A DNA stretch of 64,000 nucleotides from Eledone cirrhosa. Its lineage: Eukaryota. The DNA is taken from NCBI GenBank assembly GCA_964016885.1, contig OZ024742.1:122574001-122638000 (forward strand), read 5' to 3'. Each line of letters opens with the position of its first letter. Positions within the stretch are counted from its first letter, which is position 1. Positions 37,960 to 51,555 of the stretch are shown here, piece by piece. Position numbers and translations under genes: made by a program. The notes under the pieces were generated by a model that was not told the origin of the DNA, did no database searches, and saw nothing but the letters and a program-made list of their open reading frames with translations.

Positions 37960-38160
37960 TACATAGACTTAGAAGCTCCCGCGTCTTCAGGTGAATGAGG
38001 CAGGCAAAGTGCTCCAATGATCACGGTCAGTTGCCTCTATCAATACAGAGTTGCAGCTTTTTTTGACGGATTTCGGGTTTCTGTCAATTGTCTGCTCCCA
38101 ATTCATCCTGGGGTGTCCTCTTCGCTTCTTTCCTTGGGGCTATCAATACAGGACATGATA
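37960..38160 (-). mobile_element. RTE-clade LINE 3' end
   Basis: The minus strand encodes PQGKKRRGHPRMNWEQTIDRN..ATDRDHWSTL, followed by a short TAAGTC-like tail. Confidence 0.75.
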
Positions 38161-39967
38161 CGTTCTAGTTATTCATAAATCAGTAATACAATATCTTATT
38201 TAGCCTAAAACAAAAGAAATGCTCTCCGTCAAAGTTAAACAAAACAAAACATGGAGTGTCTAAATTAAAATATATTAGCAACTAAAACCAAGTGACAGAA
38301 TAACAAAACTATTGCTTCTTACGAGGGAGCTACCATAACTATGGAACATTCATCGATGGTACCTAGTCTCACGACAAAAATCATAAACTTTAGCACCTGA
38401 CTCTAAATAATAAACAAACTCCTATGTTTACGAAGCTTTCAAAAAAGTAGAATGACGTTGATGGGAGAAGTAAGTCGGTATCGCAACATATATATTACTA
38501 AACGGGGATTGATAGAGAAAAACAAAAAGAATATTCAAGTCTACAAATCTCAACTGAGAAGTGGCGTTAAACAAATCGGGTGACACGAAATCTCTAATTA
38601 ACCCACGAATTTCAGCAAATAAGGACTCAGTTATGAAACCGGATATTTATGAATCTACATTAACTGTTATTTAAAGTCTGATATTTTATATTTGTAGTCA
38701 GGCATATTATATAAAGAACAGATTTATCCAGTGAATATATATTTCTGTTAGTAGAAAAGGAACGCCACTTCTAAGCGCGTCTATCTTTCCTCTGGCAATT
38801 ATGGCCACCACTAGAAAGAATGTATGTCAATGTGTGCAACAAGGTCCTCATGTCGACGAATGTTTGATATGACAGGAAAAGCAGATATGTTCGGTCGTGA
38901 ATGAAATTTGAGTGCTCAATGAGAGCTAATGTCTCGACCACATCGAAAGCAGTTACGGTAATGAGCTAGTATTTCAGCCTTTGTGTGAATCTTCCTGGAT
39001 TTTTCTTAGATGAGGAAAGGAAACGTTAGATAATTTTGTCATAGACAGCGTAAATTCTAAAGATTCTTTCGAGCCCAGAGAATAATCAGGCCAGTGCTTA
39101 TTCCGGTTTCCAGAAACACAGAATATTTTTCTTTTATTTGCAGACTTATAGATCTCCCACAAAACAACAACTATATATGCACAACAGCTTAAACATATTT
39201 GCTGCAACAAGCACTGACTGAAATTGAAAGCAAGTATAACACTAATTATCACCTGAAATAGACAACACAAAATGGTAATCGACTACGTAAATAGGACCCA
39301 CACGTGTGTGCATATATTTCGCCAATGTACATCTACGAGATGTGTGAATATCGGTGAGAGAACAAATATAATGGTGCTCTCCATTTAAAAGAAATAACTA
39401 AAACGGTGCTTTCAATTTGAATTACCCTGTGTGTTATTGTCCATTATATTGCACATACAGCCTCTTGTCACCCTCGGCACCAGAAATGCAGCGAACCAGT
39501 TACTGGATATTTGGAAATACTGACAACTTATGATCTCCTTAAAAAAATGCATTGTAAAATAAATATAACATTTTAGGGAATGCCTGCTATTTGGTAGAAA
39601 ATAGATATGTTCCACAATTTATATACTGTATTAAAGCTATTCAATCTCATTGCCATCCACACTTTACTGAACTAATCAATAAACGTTTAGACTGACTGCA
39701 TCACTATTCTATGTTACTCTAGTGATGATCGAGTTATATACTGATTCAAAGATAGTGTCATATACTATGACTTTAAATGTGATCTGAAGTTGGTGGACAT
39801 CATGTATTCCGGTATTGCATGGAGATATCATATCTATATTTGAGCAGTTTACATAGACCACATGGTATATAAGTCGACATCTGAAAATATCAATTTTCAA
39901 ATACTTTTTCAAAGATGATATTTCGGTGAATAATCAAAACATGCCTTGAGAAGTCTTTATTGTCTAG

Positions 39968-41330
39968 CATCTACAATAGCTCGACGGATTGGAATGTAAT
40001 TTTTAACTGATGCAGAAAAGAGAAAACTAACCGTTAATTATGAATTCATTTAATATGACATTCAATTTATTCCCCTCTCAAAAGATTCTATAACTTCGTT
40101 TTGTTTTAAGGTTATTACTACGAATTACTTTATCTATGAAGTGAGTAAATACCGACAGATCAATCGAACTTCACCCGAGCTTAAAAATGGCTTCCAGTTT
40201 GTATAACATTCCCTTTATGGATTAATAGAGAAAAGGCAGAAGTCCTCAAAGGGCGTTTTAAATTTGGCAAATTTTCAAAGAGAAAATGGAGACAAAAGAG
40301 TCTTGTATGTTGCCTGCTCCAGAAGATACACTATAACATGTTCGTTGAGCGTAAACGAATATATAGTTTGATCGTAAATATCAAAAAGTTAAAGTCTATG
40401 GATTTATAATATATATTTTCTCTTCTTTTTCCTTAAATTGACCTTTCTCCCTTTTATGTTCAAATGTCCACAACTGTGAATCGTAGAATTAGATAGGACA
40501 AACCAAATTTTATGAATTCGATTAAGGAGCAAAATATGGATTACTGGAACTTAGTTTTAAAACATTAAAAGATCCCGATGCATAAAGTAGAGATGAATAT
40601 TTTATTGGAAAGAGAAGCATCTTGAAATTTTACATACCTTTGCTTTGAGGTTGCCGGTTATTAAATCATTTAAACGAGGAAAGGTAGCTGATAATATTTA
40701 AAGTTGGTTGCTAAATCATTCAAAATGCGTCTTACATTCATTTATCGAATTATCCAGCGCAGAAAATGTAATAACGCGATTTATTCAGATGCAAAATCTC
40801 ATGACATTCTCATCTCTTTAGCATCTTAATTGGGAAACACACAAAAGCGAGGTAGGTATTGGTATTGAAAAATTTGTGTTGAGGAAAAAGTAACTATTTT
40901 CCATAAGTGAACATCCTTCAGGCCTTTGGCAAATTCATTGTGCGGTACGTAAATAGTATCAGACAATTCGTAATTGCATATTTATTAATGAAAATCAATG
41001 GAAATATATGCATTTAGATATTTAAAAAGACAAATTACCACCCAATTATCCAAATATATTCGGGGATTAAAAGATGATGATACAAACAATCATAAATTAT
41101 AGAACATGTGTCTTCGTACATTACTTACTCAAGAATATTTTGTTTGTCACTCGGAGATTGCGATTCGTAAATTATTTCTAACACAACTTTCCTTATGTAA
41201 TGAGGAAATTATACATACTTTGTAACAAAAGCATAGTCACATACTGAAAGAAGAAAAAGACATTCTTTTTTTATCAATGTTAAACTTAATTAATTACCAT
41301 CGCTTTTGCTTTTTTGTGTTTTACAGATAA
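39968..41330 (+). other. Candidate chain of short exons of an unidentified host gene
   Basis: AG/GT-bounded segments 39968-39995, 40111-40140, 40822-40851, 40922-40944 and 41327- splice in frame to IYNSSTDWN-VITTNYFIYE-HLNWETHKSE-AFGKFIVR*. Supported by splice-signal reading only. Confidence 0.3.
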
Positions 41331-42104
41331 GATACTGAAGCCACTATGAACATATACATGCGAATAGATTAACATTCTGCGTTCGAAAGTTGACCTAATT
41401 GGGTGACGCACTTTGATAGTTTTCAGATCTCGGACCATATGTCAACGTTACATCCTATTTCAGTATGAATGCAATAATGTTGGCGTTTATGCTGCCAAAC
41501 TACTTCTCCTCTTCAAACGTTTCAATAATCAGAAATGTGAGACTTGGTCTTATGATATTCTCTCTCACTGTTATGATATTCTCTCTAACTCTCTCTCAAA
41601 AAAAATATATACGTGTATATATATGCGTATGTGCGTGCCCACCGTGTGTGTATGTGTGTGTGTGTGTATGTGTACGAGTCCTCATGTGTGTTTTGTGAGC
41701 GGGCCTGTTTACTTACACCAGTAATACTCATTGTACGCAAAACCTATTATTGTATAACATGCGTGTTTCTCAACTGAACGCTGACATAGCGTACACATCA
41801 AAGTGAGTCCTTATACAACATGAGATTGTGTGGCAACGTACATTTTGAAATATACGTATATATTACAATCCCATAGTGTTGCCCATATAGAATATTTGAA
41901 TGGTTTTATTTCGATCTTTCTATATAAAAAAATAAAACATGAATGTAACCGGAGAAAGCACGAAATAATTGAAATATGCATATACAGATCGGTGGCATAG
42001 AGTTAGAGAGATGGGAGAGGAAAGGAGAAATATGATTAAGAAAGAAATCGCTTGCCATATATATTGATATAAAAATGAGGATAAATTGGGAGATATATAT
42101 ATAT

Positions 42105-42147
42105 ATCGATAGATGGATAGATAAATAGATAGATGGAGATATATATT

Positions 42148-42203
<56 letters not shown>

Positions 42204-42215
42204 TATATATTGATA
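42105..42215. repeat. (GATA)n microsatellite
   Basis: Read directly. Confidence 0.95.
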
Positions 42216-43189
42216 GAGAGTGAGAGAAAGTAAAAAAGAAATGCCAATAAATACAGCCATTGAGTAATAGATTGGAAAGCAGATGAACATTAAAGGAAAG
42301 GTTGGTAGTGAGAGGACATTGGGAGAATAAGAAGAAATAGAACTGAACACTGTTATAATTAATTATATGTAATAAATGCCGCTATATGTTGTGTAGTAAG
42401 ATGCATAATTAACCTAGAATACAAACATCGTTTTAGTAATCTACCTGTTAATCTCATGGAGCTATCAATTTTAAACTAAGTTATAATCGTTGACAGCCGA
42501 GTCGTAATTATATATTCCGGTGTAAAACTGTCATCGAGGGGAAAAAAGGAAAAGGAAAAATAACGAAACTTCATTTGAATACTATATCTACAATGTAATT
42601 AATAATTATCGTATATAATAATGAGAAAGGCGTGGAGAGAGAAACTATACTGGAATTTATTCATTCGAATACGCCCCTTCTCTATACTGTTTTGGCCTTG
42701 TGCCATTTTCAGAAATCAATATGTTATTAACAAAATATATATATATAAATAAAAAGTAAATATACGTAAGGTAATTGAGTGTCTAAAATGAACTAAATTC
42801 TTTAATTCTTTACAGTATTTAAAGACGTCTCATATGTTATCTATTCTCGACAGATAAAAAGTTGAAGCTAACAGCGGTATATAAACTAACACACACACAT
42901 ACACACGTACACATACATACGCACACACACATGTGTATATATGTATATTTTCCATTTCTTCTGACTGTTCGTCTCTCTCTCCTATGTAAATCTCCCTCTA
43001 CTTCTATTACAGCCGCTCGATGCCGTATCTAGATGATTTTCTGTTCGTTGGCGGCCATTGACGAATCTTCCTCATCTCCAGAGTATTTTCATGAATTTCT
43101 ATGTTATTGTTATATTCATAGCAACCGGCTGTTTTACAGTTATATTTACCCTTGAGCTCCTCACAATTCTATGAACTCAGGACCACAAA

Positions 43190-43690
43190 ACTGACTTCGA
43201 ATTTAATCTCCCAGTAAGACTAATATTAGATAGGATCATCCCACAATTTAAAGAGAAATTTAAAATTAGCTTATTGCCATGCACCATGAACATTACTGAC
43301 GGGTTTAACGGACTAGTGAGTAAGAATGAGATGAGATTCCTAGAGCTAGACATCTCTAACTATTACTTCTCCATTTCCTCAGTGCTTCTGAACTAGATCT
43401 TAAAAGTTGCCATAAGGAATTACAATCTAAGAGGGATGTGGACATCCTCACGATAGCTAGACAAACACTCAATAAAATTTGACGGTAAACTATGGGAACG
43501 TAAGAACAGACCGGATAACTGTGATGTCACGATGGGTTCTAGTGACTCGGCACAGTTAACTGACATCATGGAAACCTTCCTGTTGCACGACATTTGGCTG
43601 GAATTTCCTTCGGTAAGGGGTGGACTATATAGAGACGACTCCCTCTTCATTATCTGCAGCACTGTTGCAGGAAAAGCAGAAAAACTTGAA
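43190..43690 (+). pseudogene. Penelope-like (Naiad-type) reverse transcriptase fragment
   Basis: LDISNYYFSI, FDGKLWERK, DVTMGSSDSAQLTD and GLYRDD are the PLE RT motifs (DI..YPSI, MGSxDxA, YRDD). Confidence 0.88.
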
Positions 43691-43916
43691 CGCACGCGTA
43701 TGTGTGTATATTGAAATATGTGTGCGTCGGTGTGTGTTTGCATATATATATATATAGGTCATTAGGTGGGTACCTTGTAGTTACTTGGGCCTACGCTGGG
43801 CGAAGCACTTGATGCTATTACTGTATACGTCCCACGTTTGGTTGTGCTCCAGGTTTAAGGCAGCAGGCTGTATATAAAATGACAATAAGAATTGCAGCTT
43901 TTTGTAAACGTTATTA

Positions 43917-44003
43917 CATATTACAACTTGTTTCCATATCGATCAGTTCGGGTGTGATCATGTGATCGGATCCCGTCTCTTAATCTACACTTTTTCAGAT
44001 ATG
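43917..44003 (-). ncRNA. Type I hammerhead remnant with long stem II (left arm)
   Basis: Minus strand: CATAT-CTGAAAA(G8 mutated)-long hairpin-GAAAC-AAGTT-GTA-ATATG. Stem I is 5 bp (CATAT/ATATG). Confidence 0.75.
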
Positions 44004-44041
44004 AGAGTTTACATTGCATGGGACCACAATATGCAAACTCT

Positions 44042-44128
44042 CATATCTGAAGAACTGTCGATTAAGAGCCGGGATCTGATCACATGATCACACCCGAGCT
44101 TTTTGATATGGACACAAATAGTAATATG
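44042..44128 (+). ncRNA. Type I hammerhead remnant with long stem II (right arm)
   Basis: CATAT-CTGAAGA-long hairpin (CGGG..TGATC acat GATCA..CCCG)-GACAC(mutated GAAAC)-AAATA-GTA-ATATG. Confidence 0.75.
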
Positions 44129-44170
44129 TAATAAAGTTTACAAAACGTTGCAATTCTTATTGTCACTTTA

Positions 44171-44207
<37 letters not shown>

Positions 44208-44217
44208 GTGTGTGTGC

Positions 44218-44276
<59 letters not shown>

Positions 44277-44632
44277 TGTGTGTGTGAATGTGGGTATGTG
44301 TCTCGGTGTGTTCGTCGATTTATCGATACCCATATTTGGTGATATGTGCACATCGTTTGGTACGCGATGCAGTCAAATGTGATTTTAGCTTTGTTTGATT
44401 AACAAGTCTGATAAGCAAATTGGGCTTGTGCCGGGTCCCATGCATTCAGATAGATCCTGCGCCACCCATCAGCGAAAGGGCTGCATCTGTCAATAATTAA
44501 TAAATACCTTAATACGAAACAACACTTTATTTTTAATATATACACTCTGCTTTAGCATAGCATTGTAACTTTCTCAGGAAACCACGTATCTACTGAAGCA
44601 CATATTATATATATATATATATATATACACAT

Positions 44633-45320
44633 AGGTGGCTGCGAAGATCGGGGTTAAAGGCTGAAACGGAAGGCTATACATTTGCTGCCCAGACCCCAAG
44701 ACTCTTCACTAGGAATTATTAGGCAAATATTCTCAGAAACAGAGCAGATTACATATGAAAGACATGTGACATATATCTTTGAACTATTGACCATATAATA
44801 TCTGTATGTCCCTGACTAGCACGAACTGAATATAAAATTAGACATGATAGTGCGGGGCACTGCCTCTACAGGCATTCATTGAATAATATGTAAACTGAGT
44901 AATGCAATTCATAGAAAACTGGTATGAAAACAAACCACAACCAGTCACTGAAACTGAAGGAGGGAGTTACAATCATTTATGACTTTACCATCCGCACAGA
45001 TCATAATATAAATGCAAATCTCCCAGATATCATTATTGAAAAAAAAAAAAAACACACACGTTTGCTCTTTGATATGTTTTTAATGCCTGATAGAAAGTTT
45101 TCAACAAAAAAGTGAAAAGCTTGCAAAGTATAAAGACATTGAAATTGAGATAAACAGAATGCGGCACCTTAAAACCTAAACTATTTCAATAGTGATAGGT
45201 CCATTATGTGCCACAAAAAAAGGTGTTTAAAAGTTTCCAGAAGACATATCTGGTTTCTAGAAAACATATCTAGCATCTGGTCTCACCCACATAATTCATA
45301 ATGTTTTGTTTTTGTAATAT
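44633..45320 (+). pseudogene. Old R4-clade LINE 3' remnant (RLE domain)
   Basis: WLRRSGLKAETEGYTFAAQ; IIYDFTIRTDHNINANLPDIII; KYKDIEIEINRM..IVIG. Confidence 0.82.
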
Positions 45321-47351
45321 ACGTCAACACAATAATTTCCTTTTAATTTTTCTAGTAAATTTAATTGATAACACGAATGAAATAATCCTGGCCTAAAATT
45401 AATTCATATATATCTCATATTTCTTTTTATCCCCTCCTACCTTTCTATGTTTTGCCTATCAAGTTTTGTGATAATAATTTTTAAGTGAATATTAAAAAAA
45501 AACAATAAATACAAAAAAAGCTATGGAAAACAGTCAAAACCAACGATGCTTGTCCTATGTATCTGGTCGATATTCGGTAGTCATTACTTATAAAGCTAAA
45601 TCAATGGAGAAAATACTAGTAATATGTTTATCCAGTGTAAAGCAATATCAATCTCATACGTAAGATTTCATTTGGAATTGGATAGGTAATTAAGCCAATG
45701 AAATATTAACAATTTAATAGATTTCCAGTTGGTAAAAGAATACAATAGCGTTCATGATACGTTTGAGGAATATCATTAGAATATAGGTGAGAATTTGACA
45801 ATATTACCTAAGAAAATCTAAAAGTATTTCCAGTAACGTGAAATATATAGTACATGATATTGGAAATAGAAAATGAAATATAATAGCAACATCGTTAGCA
45901 ACACATAAAGATTAAACGCCTACTTGTGAGTAGAAGAAATATAGATAAAGCATTTCTATGTAGTATTTCTATGTAGATGTCAGCAGAGATTCAACTTCAG
46001 TTGTAATCATTTCCATTCGCAGTAGGAATACAATCTGGTTCTTGTTAAAGTGTATACATGTAATATGTTAGTTTTATAAACGAGAACATAGTTATAGCTT
46101 CATAGTTGTAAGTACAAGGACCGATTTAACAAGAAAAAAAGTGGACTCATGAATATTGTAGTGAAAAGAGAAAAAGCAAAGATGGTAAACAACGGTTATA
46201 TAACAACGTTAATATTGTGGCCAACGAGGAGGAAAATATATTCGTGGACAATGTAATCACAAGGAAAATATGAACCGATTCAATAATGTACCCCTGAGTA
46301 CAATAGGCGATGAAATTGACGGTATTGTCACGGATGGAATTATTTTAACTGAATCAGAGACATATTGGTATGGGTTTGTCCCGTAACTACTGATGTAGAC
46401 GTATGAACGCTGTATTGACATATGCTGTTTATTGAGCATGTAGAACCTAGTGGAGGCCAAACTTCTCCAAGCCTGAATAAAACAGATTTCTTCCAGAAAT
46501 ACAGAGAGTGAGAGAATGGAAGTGAGAAAGAGATATAGAGGATGAATCGACCCTAGTCATTGACTGGTACTTTCGGATCGACCTCAAATAGACGAAATTT
46601 AAAGGTGAGGTCGACTCATTATATTAACATATAATCAAATGGATATTCTCCAGATGCAAAATATAAACATAATTCTAAAGTAGTATCGTCAAGAGTAAAA
46701 ATAGAATAGCTTGTACCTGTGTCAATTACTGTAGAATCCGTTCAATGGGATTCAATCAGTTTACGTCTATGCACTTTCACACATAAGGACCTGTTTAAAA
46801 GGAGACTCCGTCGTATCGTACTTACTAATGATGTAGTGAGGCAAGAAAAAAACCTAGCCCCCGATCATGCTGGAGATAAATTCGTAACAACTGTGTCAAG
46901 TCTGCCTTTTGTTAAAAATAAAAGGAATAATTAATACAAGCAAATCAATCTATTTCTACTAGGGTTAAACTGGTTGTCATGTTCCAATGATTTGTGTTCG
47001 AGAAATGTGTAGAATTCGTATACTGTACTAATATTCAAATTCGAAATTGTCAAGCGATAAAGAAGTAAACAAAGAAACGTAATCGCATGGAGTTGCGCAT
47101 GAACTAGAGCAGACTGATGACAATACAAATCCGAGGTAATCTTTTATTTGTTTTATCCGTGCCGAAGATGTCAAATGAACATTAGTTCTTATATATTTAT
47201 TTATGATTCGATTATAAACACTATATTGACAGTATAAGATTTAATGAAGCTGATCGTAAGACAGCGAAGAGAATTTCTGCTATTACTAAGTCGTTTCTAA
47301 TACATCGTACACACATATGCATTCAACCTCCCGCAAATAAATACCCCCCCC

Positions 47352-47422
<71 letters not shown>

Positions 47423-47727
47423 GTGTGTGTGTGTGTATGTGTTTATGTGTGTGAGTGAGGGGAGAAGGATAGTTTTGAAATTTGAATCTGTAAAATGAAA
47501 ATATCGAGACTATTCTCGAATCTTCAAAACTATAGATCTAGAAGCAGGTAACGAGAAGCCAATAATGGAAAACCCTCAGATAGACTGAACTAATTTAATT
47601 ATTTTTCAAACGAATTTTGACAATGCACGTATTTCAAACTTCCTTCTGAGTCAGAATACAACACCCATGAGGTAATTGTAACCGAATACAAAGACGTAAG
47701 GGTGATAATGTCAATAAATTAAGAATA

Positions 47728-48264
47728 TGTAAGGGTACTTCAAAACGTTTGTGGAAAAAGGGCGGTTTAAGTTATAATGTTTATTTTCAGCATATGCCCC
47801 AATTAGTTCAATAAACTTATGCAAACGTTCCTACGAGCCTTTAAGTCCATCTGTGTAAAACTGAGGTCCAAGTGATTTAAACCGTGTCAAAGCAGCTTTT
47901 TTCACATCTTCAACTGGTGATCCACTTAAATCTCATCTCTTCCACTTCTAAAATGACTTATCCATTTGTAGGTTGTTGATTTCTTTGGGACATTGTCTCC
48001 ATAAACTTGCTCCGGAGCGTCAATGATTTGGCTGTTCTTCCACTCTAGACTCACCATGAATTTGATATTTTGAGGGAGGTTATGCTGCTCAAGAGGGTGC
48101 TTAATTCCGGCTGGCGGTGCTGCGTTGCAACATGCATTTAATGTTTCATGTTAGAACAGTTTATGCCACGTTAGTACGAGAACGTGCAGGCGCATGCAGA
48201 TCAACATTCCTGGATAGGATCTTTAAATATGTACATATTCCACGAGCTTTTTGAAGCCCCCTCT
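47728..48264 (-). mobile_element. Internally deleted mariner (Hsmar2/irritans-like) element
   Basis: Imperfect TIRs TA|tgtaAGGGtaCTTCAAAAcgtTtGTGGAA and TTCCACgAgcTTTTTGAAGccCCCTct|TA. The minus strand encodes an HTH N-terminus (NIKFMVSLEWKNSQIIDA..VYGDNVPKKSTTYKWISHFRSGR) joined to the C-terminus (EDVKKAALTRFKSLGPQFYTDGL..GAYAEK*). The catalytic core is deleted. Confidence 0.88.
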
Positions 48265-50254
48265 TATACTCAAATATTTTACAACGCCGTGATAAAAAAG
48301 AAACAACTTTTCTTGTGAATAGCAAGCTATGGCTTCCACATCTTCCATCTATATAGAGGATTAACAAATTAATTGTATATGACATCATGTATACCATAGT
48401 TCAATATAATCATCCAAATGGATACTCTTGATTCACGTAGAGTTATCATATCTGGTTAGTAGCTGAGTAGACTGTAGAGAAATTACAACTAAGTCTGTAA
48501 ATGTGTGTCCTTTTTTAGGGGGGGCTTACCAATATCACCCTATTTGTGTGTGTGTATGTGTGTGTATATGTGTGTCATTCTCTTTCTGCCTCTATCTATC
48601 TATATGTGGCAATCTACTGACTGCATCTCCTCTCATCTCCGCTTCTTCTGTTTCACAGCTGCTGACATTCCTCAGATTATGTCTACAATCATGATCAACA
48701 GATTTCCCAGACTCAATAACTAATCCCAGAAACAGATGCTGAACATTTATAAGCATTTCCTGTATTTACCCTCCAAATATCTTTAGCGTATAGAACTTGA
48801 AGGAATATTTGATAAATTCGTGAATATGGACGTAAATGGAAAACACATTCAACACGTTCCGAAATCCCTGAACTTCAGCTAAAGTTCGATCGCTTCTATT
48901 CTCTTTCTCCATGGCTAAACTAGATATATAGAACAATCTCTATGGAAAAATGACCCCTTTTGAAACTTGGACCCCAAGCGGCAGAAGCATGCATGCTGAC
49001 CAATTTGTTCATTTGCAAAAAAGGATATACATCGAAGAGCAGATTTTATGTATCACATCTAGTACTTCATACGAGTTTGTGTATCACATCTAGTACTTCA
49101 TAAGTATAGTGCCCCTATTGTTCTATCAACGTAACTATTTATATTTATTCTACTAACTGTATTGTTTTATCTTTCTAACACACAAACATATATGGCAAAT
49201 AACACTTTTCATAGACACTACGATTGAACCCGTAATCAATGATTGCGCATTAAGATTCAAAGCCTTTCAGCCGTTATTTAATGTTTTTTCTGTGAGCTAT
49301 AGATCTTGTGGAGTTATATATAACTCCTAGCATGTCTCTCTCCTGTGAATGCATGTCCACTATGTATGAACTCACCAGTCAAAAAGTAATGTACACTGTA
49401 CCTTCCATAAAATAAAAAATTTGACTCTCCGATATTTGTAAAAATATACAGTCCTAACAGCTCTGTAAGATTTTCATTATGGAATAATTTCGTTCTTTAT
49501 TGTAGTCCGATAAGCGTAAGATCTTAAATGTTTTAATCATGCCTTCTAATTTAATACATGTCAATAATAAATATCAATTCTACTAACGTAATCTAATTTC
49601 TACAGGAACTTAATGTGATTTCTAGAACGATATATTGCATTATGAGGCATTGTCAATGCAGAAATAATGCATTTAAAATTGTTATGCGTATTTGAATCAC
49701 CATTGGTCCTCTGTCTAAGATTTGTAGGAGACGGCGGTTGTACCGGTGGTACGAAATGGTACAGTGAACTTACTGAATATAGGAATATTTAAGGAATGTA
49801 AAACATAACTTGCGTTCATTTCTTTTAAGCCAAAGTCCCACCTGCAGAAAACGTGACAAAGAATCAAAGCTATACTCATATACTGTATCTTGTTACACTT
49901 TCTATTTCTTCACCAGTACATATTTCGTAACCACATATACAGATCAATCAGGTATCTTATTAAATCATCGGCCCTAACCGAAGCAATAAATATTCTAACA
50001 TATTATAGAGTACACTAACACGTCTTCAAATACTACAGATAATATCGCACTGAAAAGGTAAACAGCAGGATAAAAACCCTCTTTCAATCGGTCCCTAGTC
50101 ATATACAATATTTACATATTTGGGATATACATTCAGTCACACCACTCGGACAATAGAACGTTATTTGAGGGAAATGTGGTAGATTACAAATCTAGCTACG
50201 CACATAGAAGCAAAAACAATGTCATAATAACTAGACATTATTTGTTATTTAAGG

Positions 50255-50430
50255 CGGTGGATTGTTATTTAAGGAGTTGGACACCGGGCTTTGTAGCATA
50301 GAGTAATGACCCTTTACGTTCTAATTGAAAATCCCACCGAGGTTAACTTTGCCTGTCATCCTTGCGGGGTAGATAAAAAAGTACCATTAATGCACTAGAG
50401 TAATTGTTGCCTTGTGCAAAATGTCGAAAC
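50255..50430 (+). mobile_element. SINE family A
   Basis: Core GAGGTTAACTTTGCCTGTCATCCTTGCGGGG. Confidence 0.8.
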
Positions 50431-51555
50431 ATTTATTTGTTCTTTAACTACAAGCCAGCCCAACCACCAGCCACGACCATACCATCTTAATTAAAAAATA
50501 TATATTCAGAAATTACATTAATCAATTTGTATTCTGCATATTTAAGATGATAAAGTACGGATTAGAGATAGATTGGCTGCTATTTCTTGTTGGCGGATAC
50601 AACAAACAGTGGTTGCCTTACCTGGCAGGAGCAAAAGTTAACGAGTACTAAATAAAACATAAACATGCGACCAAAATAACACCAAACACATATTGAACTA
50701 GGAATATTGGATCCTCCGTCAATGTCCGGGTGAGCAAAAATAAAGTTCTATCTGCATTGGAATTTACGAACTTGTGCATCTGCTGTGGTGTCAAAAACAA
50801 ACGCACATGACCGCACAAATAAACAATGGACCATGCCACGTGGCTTGAACCCGTAAGTGAATTGAAGGTTCTGCAACTCTGATACACAGATTATTTATTA
50901 TTAAGAGGTATAAACTTGACATAACTATTATCATCTTATATTCTCTCAACTAATCACACTTGATCATATTTCTCTATCCCGTTTTCTCCCCCCATAATTA
51001 TTATATTTTTATTATTATTTGACAAAATCGGTTTTTTTACATTGTGTTTTCCCCTCCAAATATTCGCTTATATTTCTTTATATATTCTCTATATATTTTT
51101 TTATCTTTATTTTTTTATCTTTATTATTTCCACTTTTATCCTCCTTTATATTTTACCTTATTCTTACTTTTATACCTTATTATAGTGTAATCTTCCCCAT
51201 GCCTTATTATACACTATTAATTATAGATTATTATTATTACTCTTTTTCCATTTCTAATTACCTCATGTACTTTCTCCTCCGCTATATATATATATATATT
51301 GTATGCCCTTTGTGTTTGTGTAGCCTCTGCGCACCCTCTGCACCGTACTATCGACGCCACCCCATCTATGGTTCAGCTAACCACCCGACTCCCAGGAATG
51401 AATATGACCGCAGCTAGTAAACAAGGACCCACACCCAACCCTCCCGCACCAAAATTAGACTTATCGTCCCCTACTTTTGCTCTTTACTCTCTTTACTCTT
51501 TGTTCTTGAATGTTTGGTTGGTAGAGTCCATAACACCAATCAAACCCCTTTTATA

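Larger units (their letters stand above)
43870..44172. mobile_element. ~300-bp fold-back element with an HHR in each arm
   Basis: 43870-44016 is the reverse complement of 44027-44172 with moderate divergence. TA lies at both outer ends. Confidence 0.9.

Noticed and set aside
39721-39920. Long frame interrupted only by TGA codons (selenoprotein or recoding?)
   Set aside because: No recognisable homology or SECIS. Compatible with chance or a decayed exon.
46306-46445. Apparent run of 31-36-nt GT-AG mini-introns (similar short spacings near 57460-57530 and 58800-58970), suggesting tiny-intron or parasite-derived DNA
   Set aside because: Such spacing arises readily by chance in AT-rich DNA, and no convincing spliced protein results.
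48660-49000. Possible additional PLE remnant; also a possible RTE remnant at ~62200-62420 and a LINE 5' UTR-like piece at 11170-11480
   Set aside because: Too degenerate to assign by eye.
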